Virus record (IMG/VR): IMGVR_UViG_3300030117_002594 | Span: 1 to 53,482 of that record | Reading direction: 5' to 3' (one strand) | Origin: a virus | Taxonomy: Duplodnaviria; Caudoviricetes | DNA length: 53,482 nucleotides | In this document: in pieces, positions 10,201-21,500 of the stretch | Layout: each line of letters starts with the position of its first letter | Numbering within the stretch: the first letter of the stretch is position 1 | Translations under genes and position numbers: made by a program | The notes under the pieces: generated by a model | Databases searched by the model: none | What the model saw: the letters and a program-made list of their open reading frames with translations, nothing else | What the model was told of the DNA's origin: nothing

Positions 10201-13098
10201 GATTCAGATACTGTTGATAACCAAACATTAGTAAGTAGTGTAACAAATGTCGCTTTAATAGTAGATGCTAATAACAATGGAACAGGGCAATTTGAAGTAT
10301 TAAAAGCTGGTACAGATGCTACTGCTACTGAATTATTTAGAATAGAAAATGATGGTGATGCAGTATTTACAGGCAATATAACAGGAGCAACATGGAATGG
10401 CACAGCAATAGCAAGTGCTTATTTAGATGCAGACACTGCTCATCTTACTACAGACCAAACATTTACAGGTAGAAAAACATTTAATAAAACATTTCCACAA
10501 GTTTTATATACAGATGATAGTATGACTGATTATGTTTCAACAGGATTATCAGGCAATACTTTTTTTCATAAAGGGTCTGATGATGATATTGATTTTGGAT
10601 TTAGAAATGCAAGTAATGATGATATATTAATGATTAATTCAGGTCTTAAAGCAGTAAGTATTAATGATACAAGTGCAGGTAGTTTTAATTTTAAAATAGG
10701 TGGTAATGGTAGAATGAATATGCCTGTTCGTGGATTTGAATTTGAAAATGCACATGGATATTTTGCTTCAACAGGAGATTTGTTTTTACCTTTATTTATT
10801 AATGCTACACAAACAGATTTGTTAAGATTTCAAACACCACTAACATTTGAATATTATGATTATTCTGCAAGTGCTTATGTAGATGATATAAGTAATGTTG
10901 CTAATTTAAAACTTATGCTTGATGGTAGAAGAAGCACAACCTATCAAGTTTCTAATACAAAAAGAAAATTTAGATTTGTAATACAAAGGTCAACTTCTTG
11001 GCCTGATGACCAATTATTTTACTTAGAAAATACATGGAGTTCTATACTTACAGGAGGATTAACTTGGAGTACAGGTGCTGCAGGAGGAAATCCATTAACA
11101 CCTACAGTCCAAATAGAAAGATTAGATGGTAGTTTTGATGCAAGTGATGATAGTAATAATGATTGGACAACTAATAGTGGAATTACTACTGATTGGCATA
11201 CAACAGGTATTGTAACAGGCTTTGGCTTAATGATGTATTACTCAACAGGTTTACATAATACAGAAACTCATATAAGAGTTACTGTAACTATACCTGAATA
11301 TGCAGATACAAGTAAACTCTTTGCTATAAAAAATATTGGAATGATGTCTTCTTATTCAAGTCAAAATACTAATCAACAAGCATGGACACAAGATTTTAAT
11401 AGACATGCAACATCATATAATAATGTTAATGTAGCAGGCAACCTTGCTGTTGGCGATGTAACAAATGCTAGTTCTGAAGTTCATATCAAAAAAAATAGTG
11501 CTAATACAAGAGTAAGAATACAAACTGCTCATACTAATGGTGTAGCATATACAAGGCTTGAAAATGACGCTCAAATTTGGGATGTAAGAGTAGATGGTGG
11601 TAATTCAGATAAGTTTATTATAAGAGATGAAACTGCAAGTACAAATAGATTTTTAATGGATACATCAGGAAATGTAGTGTTAACAGCCGATTTATTTTTA
11701 TCTTCAGGAAATGCTTTACAATTAGCAGATTCAACTGACCATACAAAAATAGAAAGAAATAATATAGGTAGTTCAGGATTAAAATTTTTTACTAATTCAA
11801 CAGAACGAGTATCTATTATAGACAATGGAAATGTAGGCATAGGCACTTCAAGTCCATCTCAAGGATTACACGTTGTTGATACAGGTGGAATAGTTGCCGA
11901 ATTTGAATCTAGTGATAGTACAGTAGCAATGGTTCATATGGAAAATTCTGCAGGTGAAGATGGGTATGTAGGTGTAACAAATGATGGTTTAGTATTTTCA
12001 GGACAAAACTACAATTCCGATAATATGATTGTTGATACAAGTGGTAATGTAGGTATAGGTACTACAAGTCCTTCTGAAGCATTAGATGTAGCAGGAAATA
12101 TTAATCTTACAGGTAATATATTATTAGCAAGTGAGAAAAAAATACAATTTGATAGTTCAGATACTACAATATACACTAACTCTGAAGACCCTGAAGATTT
12201 ATATATAGAAGCAGATGAAGATATGTATATAAGACCTGATGATAATTTAGTTATAGCACATGGCACTACTAACTATGTTACATTTAAAGGTGATGAAAGA
12301 GAAGTAGATATAACAGGTGCTTTAACAGCGTCAGGAAATATTGAGTCTGGGGGAAGTATTACACAATCAGTTGCAGGAGATTCTACCATGAATATTGTTG
12401 CAACAGGCATTGGTGGTGATGGTATTAATAATGATGCTATGCTTAAAATAGCTAATCCTGATACTAATTGGTTTTTTAAAGTAGTAGGCACTAATACTGT
12501 AACGTCAGGATATTTTCAAATATTAGATAATACTACTGAATTATTAAAGATTGATAGACAAGATGATGGTGGAGATGTGCATGTTATAAAAGATTTATCT
12601 GTTGAAGGTGACAATGGTATAATAGCAGGAGCAGTAGTATGGGAATCTTTTCCATTTATTGCTAATCTTATATCTGCTGGAAGACATTATTATAGAGACG
12701 TTGATGACCCTGAAGATTTTAGGGTATGGGATGATTATGATACAGACCCAACAGGTTTTAGTTATTTAGATGTGCCTGGACAATATGTTGTGCCAGAAGA
12801 TTGTACGTTAAAAGCTATGAGAGCAGTAGTTACTAATTTTATTTCTACAACAAATGTAACATTAACTATATATCATGGGACACCTAATTTAGATACAACA
12901 AGTGATACTACATTAGCAGTAGCAGGAACTGCAACTACAATAACTATAGACACTTTTAGAGTAGCGTATGCTGGTAGTGCTACATATGATGTAGACTTAG
13001 ATGCAGGTGATATTGTTGTCCCAACAGTTAGTCATGCTAATGCTGGTGCAAGTCAAACTATAAGAGGTAACATAACATTAAAATTTGTTACTAGATAA
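7207..13098 (+). CDS. Long tail fibre / receptor-binding protein
   Basis: 1963 aa; fibre motif LVDSAPGALDTLNELAAALNDD, repeated (N/Q)VGIGTxSP units, and a duplicated 'IASAYLDxDTAHLT..QTF.G.KTF' block. Confidence 0.85.
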   Translation: MYSKKRKSQKTGRSTGDKSVDRIVNDIYNEINKLNDSVKSSYKSNIDTRDGNPGDIRIVQDKSFDSDPRVDKREFFIEAKTEEGWVRQVMDKTEHSGISRQGTVPLSSLKIDAKRAIKQGELSFWKADTKPKFNLKNSFSQGIEVYINENVKIGKNAAKNLEVTGTLKLATPADGDASAENILVHDTGDGLVKKRSYAQILSDLGISASEIVDWTSDQGSTNIHASNMAAAQTDITSILNSSLVIGRDSGNQISFATDNVIIFKADDETELRLNATTLRPHVNDGLALGNTSYQFSDLHLASGGVINWDNGNTTLTHAAGKLTLNNTLEFGSLSDGSITITDFVDEDNMASNSAVKIPTQQSVKAYVDSEITGLVDSAPGALDTLNELAAALNDDASFSTTVTNSIATKVGLTGDETVAGHKKFSDDVLIAGAAADPATTDHVSLGVSSGALRIYTDSGYTTIGPQNSGWTHFYTDRTKYYFNKQIVVDDGLVASYDEDLVLRRTYNDTVYNQITIGDDTLDIKLDNTSRLSIDGDGQVDLSGDLMLRGEGGIFIENSATGNGGSIIQPAGGMYRTGSNTHTGAIKITVPRGTGNPTDMISFWVDVFDYGTNQAFSAYIAGYVYQDEGSNEWHNVSAQIFGNLEQNNYTVRFGHDTNNHCVLIGETTTSWNYMQVTVRNVQVGYTADIDDYKGDWTITFETSLPTIDETLSDNFTLAKGLKSSSSIAVTTGTSSGNNFTINSTGLVFEGDTNRLGLGTVSPASTFHVEEGDIRIDTASGGTQSLRFSETNTTKAQLQYKSGDEELNLTTANASGTSTKRITIKSEQDDTQVGIGTNSPSDLLEIQGAESETYQYPLVLRNPYNHASDIDFGVGIKFKFDDNSEVKWASIAYEADSAYGNSGDLKFYVDGNNNTAARMTLSHEGNLDVVGNITNANWTGDVIASAYLDSDTAHLTGSQTFSGTKTFSAGTIFGGDITLNADNKIKSDTAGSWNFIEFDDDSDTVDNQTLVSSVTNVALIVDANNNGTGQFEVLKAGTDATATELFRIENDGDAVFTGNITGATWNGTAIASAYLDADTAHLTTDQTFTGRKTFNKTFPQVLYTDDSMTDYVSTGLSGNTFFHKGSDDDIDFGFRNASNDDILMINSGLKAVSINDTSAGSFNFKIGGNGRMNMPVRGFEFENAHGYFASTGDLFLPLFINATQTDLLRFQTPLTFEYYDYSASAYVDDISNVANLKLMLDGRRSTTYQVSNTKRKFRFVIQRSTSWPDDQLFYLENTWSSILTGGLTWSTGAAGGNPLTPTVQIERLDGSFDASDDSNNDWTTNSGITTDWHTTGIVTGFGLMMYYSTGLHNTETHIRVTVTIPEYADTSKLFAIKNIGMMSSYSSQNTNQQAWTQDFNRHATSYNNVNVAGNLAVGDVTNASSEVHIKKNSANTRVRIQTAHTNGVAYTRLENDAQIWDVRVDGGNSDKFIIRDETASTNRFLMDTSGNVVLTADLFLSSGNALQLADSTDHTKIERNNIGSSGLKFFTNSTERVSIIDNGNVGIGTSSPSQGLHVVDTGGIVAEFESSDSTVAMVHMENSAGEDGYVGVTNDGLVFSGQNYNSDNMIVDTSGNVGIGTTSPSEALDVAGNINLTGNILLASEKKIQFDSSDTTIYTNSEDPEDLYIEADEDMYIRPDDNLVIAHGTTNYVTFKGDEREVDITGALTASGNIESGGSITQSVAGDSTMNIVATGIGGDGINNDAMLKIANPDTNWFFKVVGTNTVTSGYFQILDNTTELLKIDRQDDGGDVHVIKDLSVEGDNGIIAGAVVWESFPFIANLISAGRHYYRDVDDPEDFRVWDDYDTDPTGFSYLDVPGQYVVPEDCTLKAMRAVVTNFISTTNVTLTIYHGTPNLDTTSDTTLAVAGTATTITIDTFRVAYAGSATYDVDLDAGDIVVPTVSHANAGASQTIRGNITLKFVTR

Positions 13099-13126
13099 AA
13101 GATTATGAAATTAAAAAATTATATAT

Positions 13127-13132
13127 TAAATT
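13127..13132 (+). promoter_or_regulatory. Putative -10 element TAAATT upstream of the ejection-protein operon
   Basis: Same hexamer as at 39189, 45872 and 27788(-), in a 72-nt intergenic gap; the -35 match is weak. Confidence 0.4.
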
Positions 13133-13170
13133 ACAAGAAGTTTTATTTAAAATTAAAGGAGGATAAGTAA

Positions 13171-13686
13171 ATGGCATTAACACCAGCACAATTAGGATTA
13201 TTAGCAGGTGGTTCTGTGCTTGAAAATCTTTACTCTCAGAGTCAATCAAATAAAAGATTAGAAGGTTTTGAAGATAGAATAAATGAATTAAGCACTAAAC
13301 TAGAAGATAGATATACATCTATGTTTAATATTGCTGATATGTTTGCTCCAGGAGGACAAGTATATAGACAAGGTATGCAAACTGCAGTAGACACTGCTTT
13401 TACAACAGCGCAAAAAGGTGGAGAAACTTTACAATCTAAAGGTGTTAATTTAACATCTTATGGATTAGGTGCTGCTACTGATATTGCAGAAGAAGGTTTT
13501 ACTAAATCTTTTATGGACAATCAAACAAACTTAGCGCAAGTAGGAACTAGTTATGGTCAATTAGCAAGCAATATGTTAGGAGACTATGTAGATTTACAAA
13601 GTGATTTTGCAAGTGCAGAGTTTATGTCAACAGATGTTAGCAGTCCTTTTTCAGATTTATTAGAAATAGGTATAGGTTCTTTATAA
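13171..13686 (+). CDS. Small internal virion/ejection protein
   Basis: SD AAGGAGG; hydrophobic N-terminus LGLLAGGSVL; G/A/Q-rich helical; no Cys; first gene of the ejection cluster. Confidence 0.6.
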   Translation: MALTPAQLGLLAGGSVLENLYSQSQSNKRLEGFEDRINELSTKLEDRYTSMFNIADMFAPGGQVYRQGMQTAVDTAFTTAQKGGETLQSKGVNLTSYGLGAATDIAEEGFTKSFMDNQTNLAQVGTSYGQLASNMLGDYVDLQSDFASAEFMSTDVSSPFSDLLEIGIGSL

Positions 13687-13698
13687 TAGGAGATTTAA

Positions 13699-15381
13699 AT
13701 GGCAATTAATTTACAAGGCATATCAGGCACAATAGAACGTGAAAAGTCTGATGAAAATTTAAAGAAAAAACGTTTTTCAGATTCTATAAATAAATATTTT
13801 GAAGATGACAAAAATACTAACCTAGCTGTTATTGGTCAAGAAAAATCAGACCTTGTAAAAGTTATTAATGAATTAGACCATACAATGGATGCAGATGAGT
13901 ATACTCAAGTTGGAAATGCTCTTTCAGAATGGAGACAAAGTTCTTTAGAAAAAATAACAGACAAGAATGAGCAAACATTAATAAATGCTAGTTATGAATC
14001 TTTAAATACTTTAATAGAAGATAAACTAGACAATGCTACGGAGTATGAAACACAATATAAAGATTTATTAACTACACAAAAAAATATAAATGAATTAAAA
14101 GAAAACGCTGATATGGGTACTTTTAGTCAGATAGATAGTGTATTAACAAGTTATGGAGAAATATTAGATGGCATGTATAAGTTTATTGATAGGCAAGGTG
14201 AAGTTGCTCAGGAACATCAAACTAATATAAAAAATATAACTTCGTGGTTAGATTTAGGTAAAACTTTACAATCTACAGATAGTGATGCTGATATGCCAGG
14301 AATGCAAAGTAATGAAGATTATGGTAGTTTGTTTGATATGCATATGAATAGAGCGTTAAAATATTGGATTGGTGGTGATGAAGGGCTTGCTAAAAATAGT
14401 ATAATATTAGCAGACAATAGTATTTCTGGTGAAACAAGAATGCGAGCAAAAGTACTAGAAGAATTAAAAGAAGAAAAAAGAAATATGTTGTTAGGAGCTA
14501 CAGACCCAGGCACAGGTGGTGGCAGAAAAGGTGGATATATACAAAGTTCTAATTTTGACCAACAAAAATTAATTACTATACGTGAAGAAGTAGATAAAAA
14601 AGTTACAGCAGAAAATACGATAGGTGGACAGTATATTCCAAATCCTACTTTAAATACTAATGATATGGAACTAATTAACCTTTTATCAATAGGTGATGTT
14701 GAAGTAACAGGAGCAATTAAAGATGTTGAAGAAAGGCTAGATAAATTAACTTTAAGTGACCAAGGAAAAGCTTTACAACAAAGATTTGATACTATTGATA
14801 CTTTTTTTGGAAGTGGCGCTGGTTCAGGTTTAATTTCTGAAATTGATAGTAAATTAACAGAAGGTAATTTTAAACTTGTAAATGTTCAACCTGCTTCTAG
14901 TTCAGATAATTATTTTGAAAATGAACAAGTAAGAAATCAACTTAAGGAAGGTCTTTCTACAAATATAGAAAACATATTTAAATATTTAGATTCTGGACTA
15001 GGTGGATTTTTTGGTGGCTCATTTATTTCTTCTGACAGCACTCCTGATGAAATTGCACGTGGTTTAAGATTCGAAAATATGTATGGAATAGAATTTTTAG
15101 GTGATAATTATTATGACCCTAATGATGATATAAAAAAATTATTAGAAGGTGATTTAACAAAAGAAGATAAAGCTCTTCTTATGAATAATATTGTAGAAAT
15201 CTATTTAGGTGATAATAAAGAAATTGCAAAGAAAATGACTAAGAGTAACTTTGACGGAAATGAAGAAAAGGGTTATGAAATGTTTATATCCTTTTTAGAG
15301 GCATACAAAGCATTGCAGTCTATGGATTATTTAAAGGGGCAAAGCAGCCTTACTTCTGGTAGATTTGATACTAAAAAATAA
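13699..15381 (+). CDS. Internal virion/ejection protein
   Basis: 560 aa, helical composition, Cys-free, position in cluster. Confidence 0.55.
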   Translation: MAINLQGISGTIEREKSDENLKKKRFSDSINKYFEDDKNTNLAVIGQEKSDLVKVINELDHTMDADEYTQVGNALSEWRQSSLEKITDKNEQTLINASYESLNTLIEDKLDNATEYETQYKDLLTTQKNINELKENADMGTFSQIDSVLTSYGEILDGMYKFIDRQGEVAQEHQTNIKNITSWLDLGKTLQSTDSDADMPGMQSNEDYGSLFDMHMNRALKYWIGGDEGLAKNSIILADNSISGETRMRAKVLEELKEEKRNMLLGATDPGTGGGRKGGYIQSSNFDQQKLITIREEVDKKVTAENTIGGQYIPNPTLNTNDMELINLLSIGDVEVTGAIKDVEERLDKLTLSDQGKALQQRFDTIDTFFGSGAGSGLISEIDSKLTEGNFKLVNVQPASSSDNYFENEQVRNQLKEGLSTNIENIFKYLDSGLGGFFGGSFISSDSTPDEIARGLRFENMYGIEFLGDNYYDPNDDIKKLLEGDLTKEDKALLMNNIVEIYLGDNKEIAKKMTKSNFDGNEEKGYEMFISFLEAYKALQSMDYLKGQSSLTSGRFDTKK

Positions 15382-15391
15382 CAGAGATTAA

Positions 15392-18300
15392 ATGAAAAAA
15401 GATTTAAATAAAACTACTCATTATTTAACGAATGAAGAGTTAGCTAGAAATTTATTTTACCCAAAAGATAACAAAGAAAAGTTTCTTCCTTTAGTGTCAG
15501 AAGTAGATGCTAATGGTCAAATTAATTTTAGTGACCCTGCAGCAATTAAATCTTATGTAGATAGAGCTGTTGCAAGTGACTCTACTTTAAAAAATGTTTT
15601 AATAGATTATGCTCCTAAAGAAGATTTAACTCCTAGTTATTCAGATATGCTTGGCGCTAATATTGGCAATATAGGCAATATATTAAATGCTGCTAAAGTT
15701 ACTGCTCAAATTTATACAACTGAAAGTATAAAAGGAACTACCGCTGATGAACTTCCATATATATCTCAAGAAGAATATAAAAAAAGAAAAGCAGAAGGAG
15801 AAACTGTTTCAGATATATTTCCTCAATTAACTGAAGATTCTGCAAGAACATATACTGATTGGTTATTTTGGGCGCTTAAAAAACCTACTGATATAAAATT
15901 TGATGACCCTGATAGAATTTTACCTAATGCTACTGAAAGATTAAGAATGAGAGAACAATGGTATGATGAAGGTGGTGAAGTTGGTCCAGATGGTAAATGG
16001 TATAATATAGAAGAAAAAACACTTCCTAGTGGTAATAAGCAAACAATTAAAACTCCTTCTAATTTTAATAGATTTTGGACTCCATTAGAGTATAAAACTG
16101 AAGAACAGTATGAAAAAAGAAAAAATGAAAACCTAACTTGGAACAATGGTATATACAATGCAATAAGACAAAAATTTGCTTATGAATTTATGGATGGTAA
16201 AAATGATGCTGCTTTAGATGCATTGCTTTCAGATAGGCTTAATCAACATATAAACAATCCTAAATATGCAGAGTTGCAAGAATGGAGTAAATCTGTTGAA
16301 TGGAGTGAAGCTTTTGATGAAGGTCAATTAACTAAAAAAGTATTTAATGCTGTTACAGGAGCATTACCTAGTTATTTAATTCAAATGGGAACAGCAGTAG
16401 GTGTTGGTGCTGTTACTAAAAGTCCTTCAGCAGCTTTAACAACACAAGCTCTTATTGGTGCCAGTATGGATTCGTCAGATATGTTTATAGATGCTTATGA
16501 GTATTTGACTGAAAAAGGATTTAGTGATGTAGAGGCTAAGAATTTAGCAATGGCATATTTCGAAAACTATTTTGCAGCATCTATGGCTTTAGAAAGACTT
16601 CCTTTTATGTTTGCTTTTAGAAGAACAACAAAAGACCCTGCAACTAGAAGAAGTTTAATTAAGAAATTTTTTGGTGACAAATTTAAAAAGAATGTAGATG
16701 ACCTTGCTAATACAAAATTATATGGTGGACTTAATGTAGATGATTTTAGTAGAGTTGCAGGTGCTACATTTACACAGGGTGTTGCTGAGTCTGTTACTGA
16801 AATAGCACAATATACTACACAAATGGCTATGCAAACAGGTCAACCTATTAATCAGATGTATGGGTTTAATTTACCAATGGAATTTGAAACAGGTGGATAT
16901 AGGGAAGAACAAAAATTTGATGATTTAGCAGATATAAATACTTTATTAGATGCTGCTGTTGGCGGTTTTGGAATGGGTGCTATAACTGGTGCTGTTACTC
17001 CACAAACTAGAATTGAACAAATAAAACCTAAAGCTCCTCCTGGAAGTCAGGTAGGACAAGCTCCTGATAAACAAGCAACTCAAAAATCTGCAGAAATTAA
17101 AAAACCTGTTGATTTAGATGATAGAATAGAAATTGATACAAAACCAATTACAGAACAAGGTGCAGAGAGTGCCAGTCCGACTACTCGTAATATGTCAACA
17201 TATAATGAAGTAGAGTATCTTGAAGATGTAGTTAATATACAAATGGGAGCGCAGCCAGACTTGCTTGGTGAACAAAGAGCAAGTGAGATGATAGCGTCAG
17301 GAAGAACAGATAAGTTTGCTAATAAAGTAATAAGCCATCAAAAAAGAAAGTTTGAACAAGTTCCTTTACAAAAAGTTGTAGACCTTGTTAATGACTATGG
17401 TTTAAATATTATCGACAAAACTAATCTTGATAAAGATGTAAAAGATAGTTTAAAGTTAGAAGTATTAGAAGAAATAAAACGTAAGAAAGGTAGTAATCTT
17501 AGAAATAAAAAAGATATTACTAAAAGTGAAAAACAAAAATTAAATCGTATAGATAATCTAACGGTTGATAATCTTATAGACGCTGCTCAAAAAAATATAA
17601 GTGTAGATAAACTTGTTTCTGTTGGAGTTGATAAGGCTTTACAAACACAACAAGAGCAGGCTGTTGCAGATGTTACTCAAGCAGATGTTGACCCAATGCA
17701 ACAAATGAGCGATGAAGCAATAGATAAGGCAATACAAGAACAGTTAAATGTTCCTGCTGACCTTAAGAGACAAAGAGAAGAAAGTAAAAAGTCTACAGAT
17801 AAAACAACTGATGAAGCAATACAGTCTCAATTAAATATACCTGCTGGACTAAAAAGACAAAAAGCAGATACTATTGTAGACAAAGGTGTAGACAATGTAG
17901 ACAACATTAACATTAAAGCCAAAACAAGAAGAATCCAAGAGCAGCAATCTATATTAAGAACTTATGAAAACAAATTAAAACAAGCACCAGCTAATAAAAA
18001 ACCTGCAATACAAAAAGATATTGATGAAGTTAAAGCTAGGATTGAAACTTTAAATAATCAGTTACCTGATGAAGCTAAAGGTATATTATCAAAAGAAGAA
18101 ACTACTTTAGCAAACCAAGCACAATCAACTGCTAAAGAAGCTAATTTAATTGAATCTCCTAATTATTATATAGAGTCAGAAAAATCTATTGTATCTAAGT
18201 TGTCTAATCCTAAACTAAAAAAACTTATAAAAGAAAAAGAAAATAGTAACGAAAGTCTTGCTAAGAGTGATTTAAAAGCATTAAATAATGAAAAGGCTAG

Positions 18301-18547
18301 AAGAGAAGAAGCTAAAGATAAAAAGAAAGTTAAAGATGTAAAGGTAAAACCTAAAGAAGCAATTACTTTAGAAGAAGCAGATAATGAAATATTTGCACAG
18401 TTTTTACAAGATAATGATATAGATAATGTTAGAGATATTGGTGGTAAATCTAAAACAAAATCAGGTTTAACTAAAGAGCAACAACAAGATTTAGAAACTG
18501 AAATAGAACAAACAAAAGAAGAATTAAATAAAAAGAATTGTCAGTAA
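15392..18547 (+). CDS. Large ejection protein A (membrane-channel candidate)
   Basis: 1051 aa with Gly/Ala hydrophobic segments (LIQMGTAVGVGAV, AAVGGFGMGAITGAV) and a charged coiled-coil C-half; single Cys at the penultimate residue. Confidence 0.65.
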   Translation: MKKDLNKTTHYLTNEELARNLFYPKDNKEKFLPLVSEVDANGQINFSDPAAIKSYVDRAVASDSTLKNVLIDYAPKEDLTPSYSDMLGANIGNIGNILNAAKVTAQIYTTESIKGTTADELPYISQEEYKKRKAEGETVSDIFPQLTEDSARTYTDWLFWALKKPTDIKFDDPDRILPNATERLRMREQWYDEGGEVGPDGKWYNIEEKTLPSGNKQTIKTPSNFNRFWTPLEYKTEEQYEKRKNENLTWNNGIYNAIRQKFAYEFMDGKNDAALDALLSDRLNQHINNPKYAELQEWSKSVEWSEAFDEGQLTKKVFNAVTGALPSYLIQMGTAVGVGAVTKSPSAALTTQALIGASMDSSDMFIDAYEYLTEKGFSDVEAKNLAMAYFENYFAASMALERLPFMFAFRRTTKDPATRRSLIKKFFGDKFKKNVDDLANTKLYGGLNVDDFSRVAGATFTQGVAESVTEIAQYTTQMAMQTGQPINQMYGFNLPMEFETGGYREEQKFDDLADINTLLDAAVGGFGMGAITGAVTPQTRIEQIKPKAPPGSQVGQAPDKQATQKSAEIKKPVDLDDRIEIDTKPITEQGAESASPTTRNMSTYNEVEYLEDVVNIQMGAQPDLLGEQRASEMIASGRTDKFANKVISHQKRKFEQVPLQKVVDLVNDYGLNIIDKTNLDKDVKDSLKLEVLEEIKRKKGSNLRNKKDITKSEKQKLNRIDNLTVDNLIDAAQKNISVDKLVSVGVDKALQTQQEQAVADVTQADVDPMQQMSDEAIDKAIQEQLNVPADLKRQREESKKSTDKTTDEAIQSQLNIPAGLKRQKADTIVDKGVDNVDNINIKAKTRRIQEQQSILRTYENKLKQAPANKKPAIQKDIDEVKARIETLNNQLPDEAKGILSKEETTLANQAQSTAKEANLIESPNYYIESEKSIVSKLSNPKLKKLIKEKENSNESLAKSDLKALNNEKARREEAKDKKKVKDVKVKPKEAITLEEADNEIFAQFLQDNDIDNVRDIGGKSKTKSGLTKEQQQDLETEIEQTKEELNKKNCQ

Positions 18548-18559
18548 AGGGAGAAGTTA

Positions 18560-21500
18560 ATGGGACAAAAAATGATATGTCCAGTCAGTATTGAAGAATC
18601 ATACAGAATAAGTAAGCCTATATTTAATTCTGTATACAATAAATTTGTAGAAAAATATTCAGATAAAAAAGATGATTTTGATACAATAGGCTATATGCAC
18701 CAAATGTATTCTAAAGAAGAAGGTCTTATTGGTGAACTTTTTTCTATGTGGATAAAAGAGCATTATGGTGATAATGTTTATCAAAATACTGTAATGCTTA
18801 AACCTAACATTACTGATAAAGAAGGTCCAGAGTTTCAAGAGTTATATAGTATTATAAGTGATAATATTATAGATTTGTATGATGACCAAATTATAGCAAC
18901 AGAACAGGAAAGTAATGAAGGTGATGATGTTACTTATGATGGGAATGAAGAATCTAATTCTAAAGATGTAAACTTAAAATATAATAAAGAGTATTTTAAA
19001 AATAGATTGTTTAGTGCTATAAATGCTGAAGTAAGTGACAAAGAATTAATTGGTATATTTAATAATGCTAGAGAAAATACTTTTACTGATTTTATAAAAT
19101 ATGTTTCTGAAAATTTTGATGCAGCAAAAAAAGCTGGTGTAGTAAATTTAGAAAATGATTTAAATTTAAATGAACAACACTTTGATATAATACCTAATAT
19201 ACAAACACTACAAAAATTATACTATGTATGGCAGTTTAATAGACCTGAAAATAGAACTATGCTTTTACAGAAAGATGGTAAAAATAAAAGCAAAGCAAAA
19301 AAGTTTTATGTAATAACTAATTACGATGGTAAAAATATTAAACTTCCTAATGAGCAGTACATGATTGTAAAGCCATTAATAGATTTAAGAACAAAAAGAA
19401 AATTATCTCCTTATGCTCCTGTTAGTTTTTTAGATGAGTCTAAAGCTACACTACCATATGGTTCTAAAATAGGTGAAAAGACAGCATATATTTCTCTTAA
19501 AGATATGGTTACAATGAAGAGAGTAAAAAGAGGCGATAGAAAAGGTGAATGGTATGCTGAATCTGCTCATGGTAATTACTCTGAAAGTAAGTTAAATGAT
19601 TGGCTAAAGATAATGTTAAGGCAAGAAAACTTAACTATGGCAACTATTAGAGGTGGTAATAGTGGTACTGTATTACTTACATATGTAGATAAATTTTATT
19701 ATGATATTATGTTTCCTCCTGAAACTATAAAATCTTTATTACCTAAAATGCCTATGTCTTTTAAGCGTAGACTATCTCTTGATAAACCTAATAATTTTAT
19801 GCAAGATTATAGAGACTATGAAAATTTTGTATTAAAAAAACTACAAGGTGAGGGTGTTAAAAAGTTTGCAGATTTAGTTTCTGATTTTAATCAACTTTAC
19901 GATTTACAACAAAAATTATCTATTGTAAATTTTATAAAATATTTAAATAAAGAACTAGAGTTAGGTAACATTGATAATAAGGCAATGCAATTCTTTAAAG
20001 ATAATATAAAAGATTTACCTGTAGAAGATACTATAAACGAAGTAACTAAAATGAATCAATCTTATTTACATATGGGAGAATATCTTGCTAGTATTATTGC
20101 AAGACATGAATGGTTAAAGGCTGCTAGAGGAAATAAATATGCTTTAAATGAAAACTTAGAAAATATATTTAACAGAGTTAGACTATCAGCATCAGAAGGA
20201 TTAGTAGACTTAGATTCTGGAGATAGAAAAGTTTTAATATATGACCAAAATAAAGTTTATTATGTAGATACAGATAGTGGTAATAAAATAGATGCTCAGA
20301 CAGCAATAGAAGGTATGACAGATATTGATAATGATGATGGTCAGTTTCATGCTACAACAGATGATATAAATAGAATAGCATCAAATTCTGGTAGAAGAGC
20401 ATTATTAAATTATGAAAGAGACCCTAAAGAAGTAAAAACGGTGTCGTATGTATTAGAGCAAAACAAAGAATTAAATGAAGATGGAACACAGGCAGAAGAT
20501 AATATGGGCGAGTATAAGTCTATGTTATTTATAGCAGAGCCAAACTTTCAGGTTGTAGAAAAAGATACTGATAAAGTTATTTTAACTACTAGTAAAGATG
20601 TAAATGGTAATGTTACTATTACAGCAGGGCCAGCAACAAATATTCCAGGACAATCAATAGACAGGTTTGGTAGTTTAAATGTATTAAAAACATCTCAAGG
20701 AACTCATAATGTAGTTGGTACTCATAATATAGTTGATATACCTGCAAGTGCTACAAGAACAATAATATTGCCTGCTACTAAATCAAAAACAGATGCAGCA
20801 TTAGGCGGCACATGGGCTAACTCTTTTAATGTTAATAATAGTACTTTTAATAGTATAAGAAAATTATTAAACAAAGAATTTAAATCTATTATGGATACTA
20901 GTTTAAACAAGCTACATAAAATAAGAAGTAATCCAGACTATGCTAGAAAGTTATTAAGGTATCAAACAAAAGTTAGAGATGATGCTACAACAGAAGTTAA
21001 AAAAATGTATGAAATGACAGGTGGTAAAGGTATATATCACCCTATGTTTTGGAGTATATTTAGTAAAAGTTTATATAATACATATGTGTTAGATGATGGT
21101 TTAAAATTAAAAGTAACTATTGATAGAAGTAATCCATCTAAAGTATCTCAAGGAATGTCTACTAGTTTAATTATGAAAGGCGATATGAAAGGTCGTATTG
21201 CTATGAAAGATGGACAGCCTGAAGGTGTTATAGTTGGTGTAGGAAATACTAGATATTTAGCATATTTATCAGACAGATATTTACAAAGTGTAGATGAAGA
21301 TACTGCTAATAAATTTAGAGCATTTGAACTAGAAGATAAGGTAACTGCATTAAATAATTTTTTACCAAACAATCCTGATAAATTAGGCATTGTTAGACAG
21401 CCAGTACAAAGTCCTGGTGGTTATATATTTAGAAATGTTTTATCTGTTGATATGGATGCTGGTGATGTTATAATAATGCATACAGAAGATGTTGCTAAAG

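Noticed and set aside
7207-13098. Diversity-generating retroelement acting on the fibre repeats
   Set aside because: No reverse transcriptase in the genome, and repeat differences are not adenine-specific.
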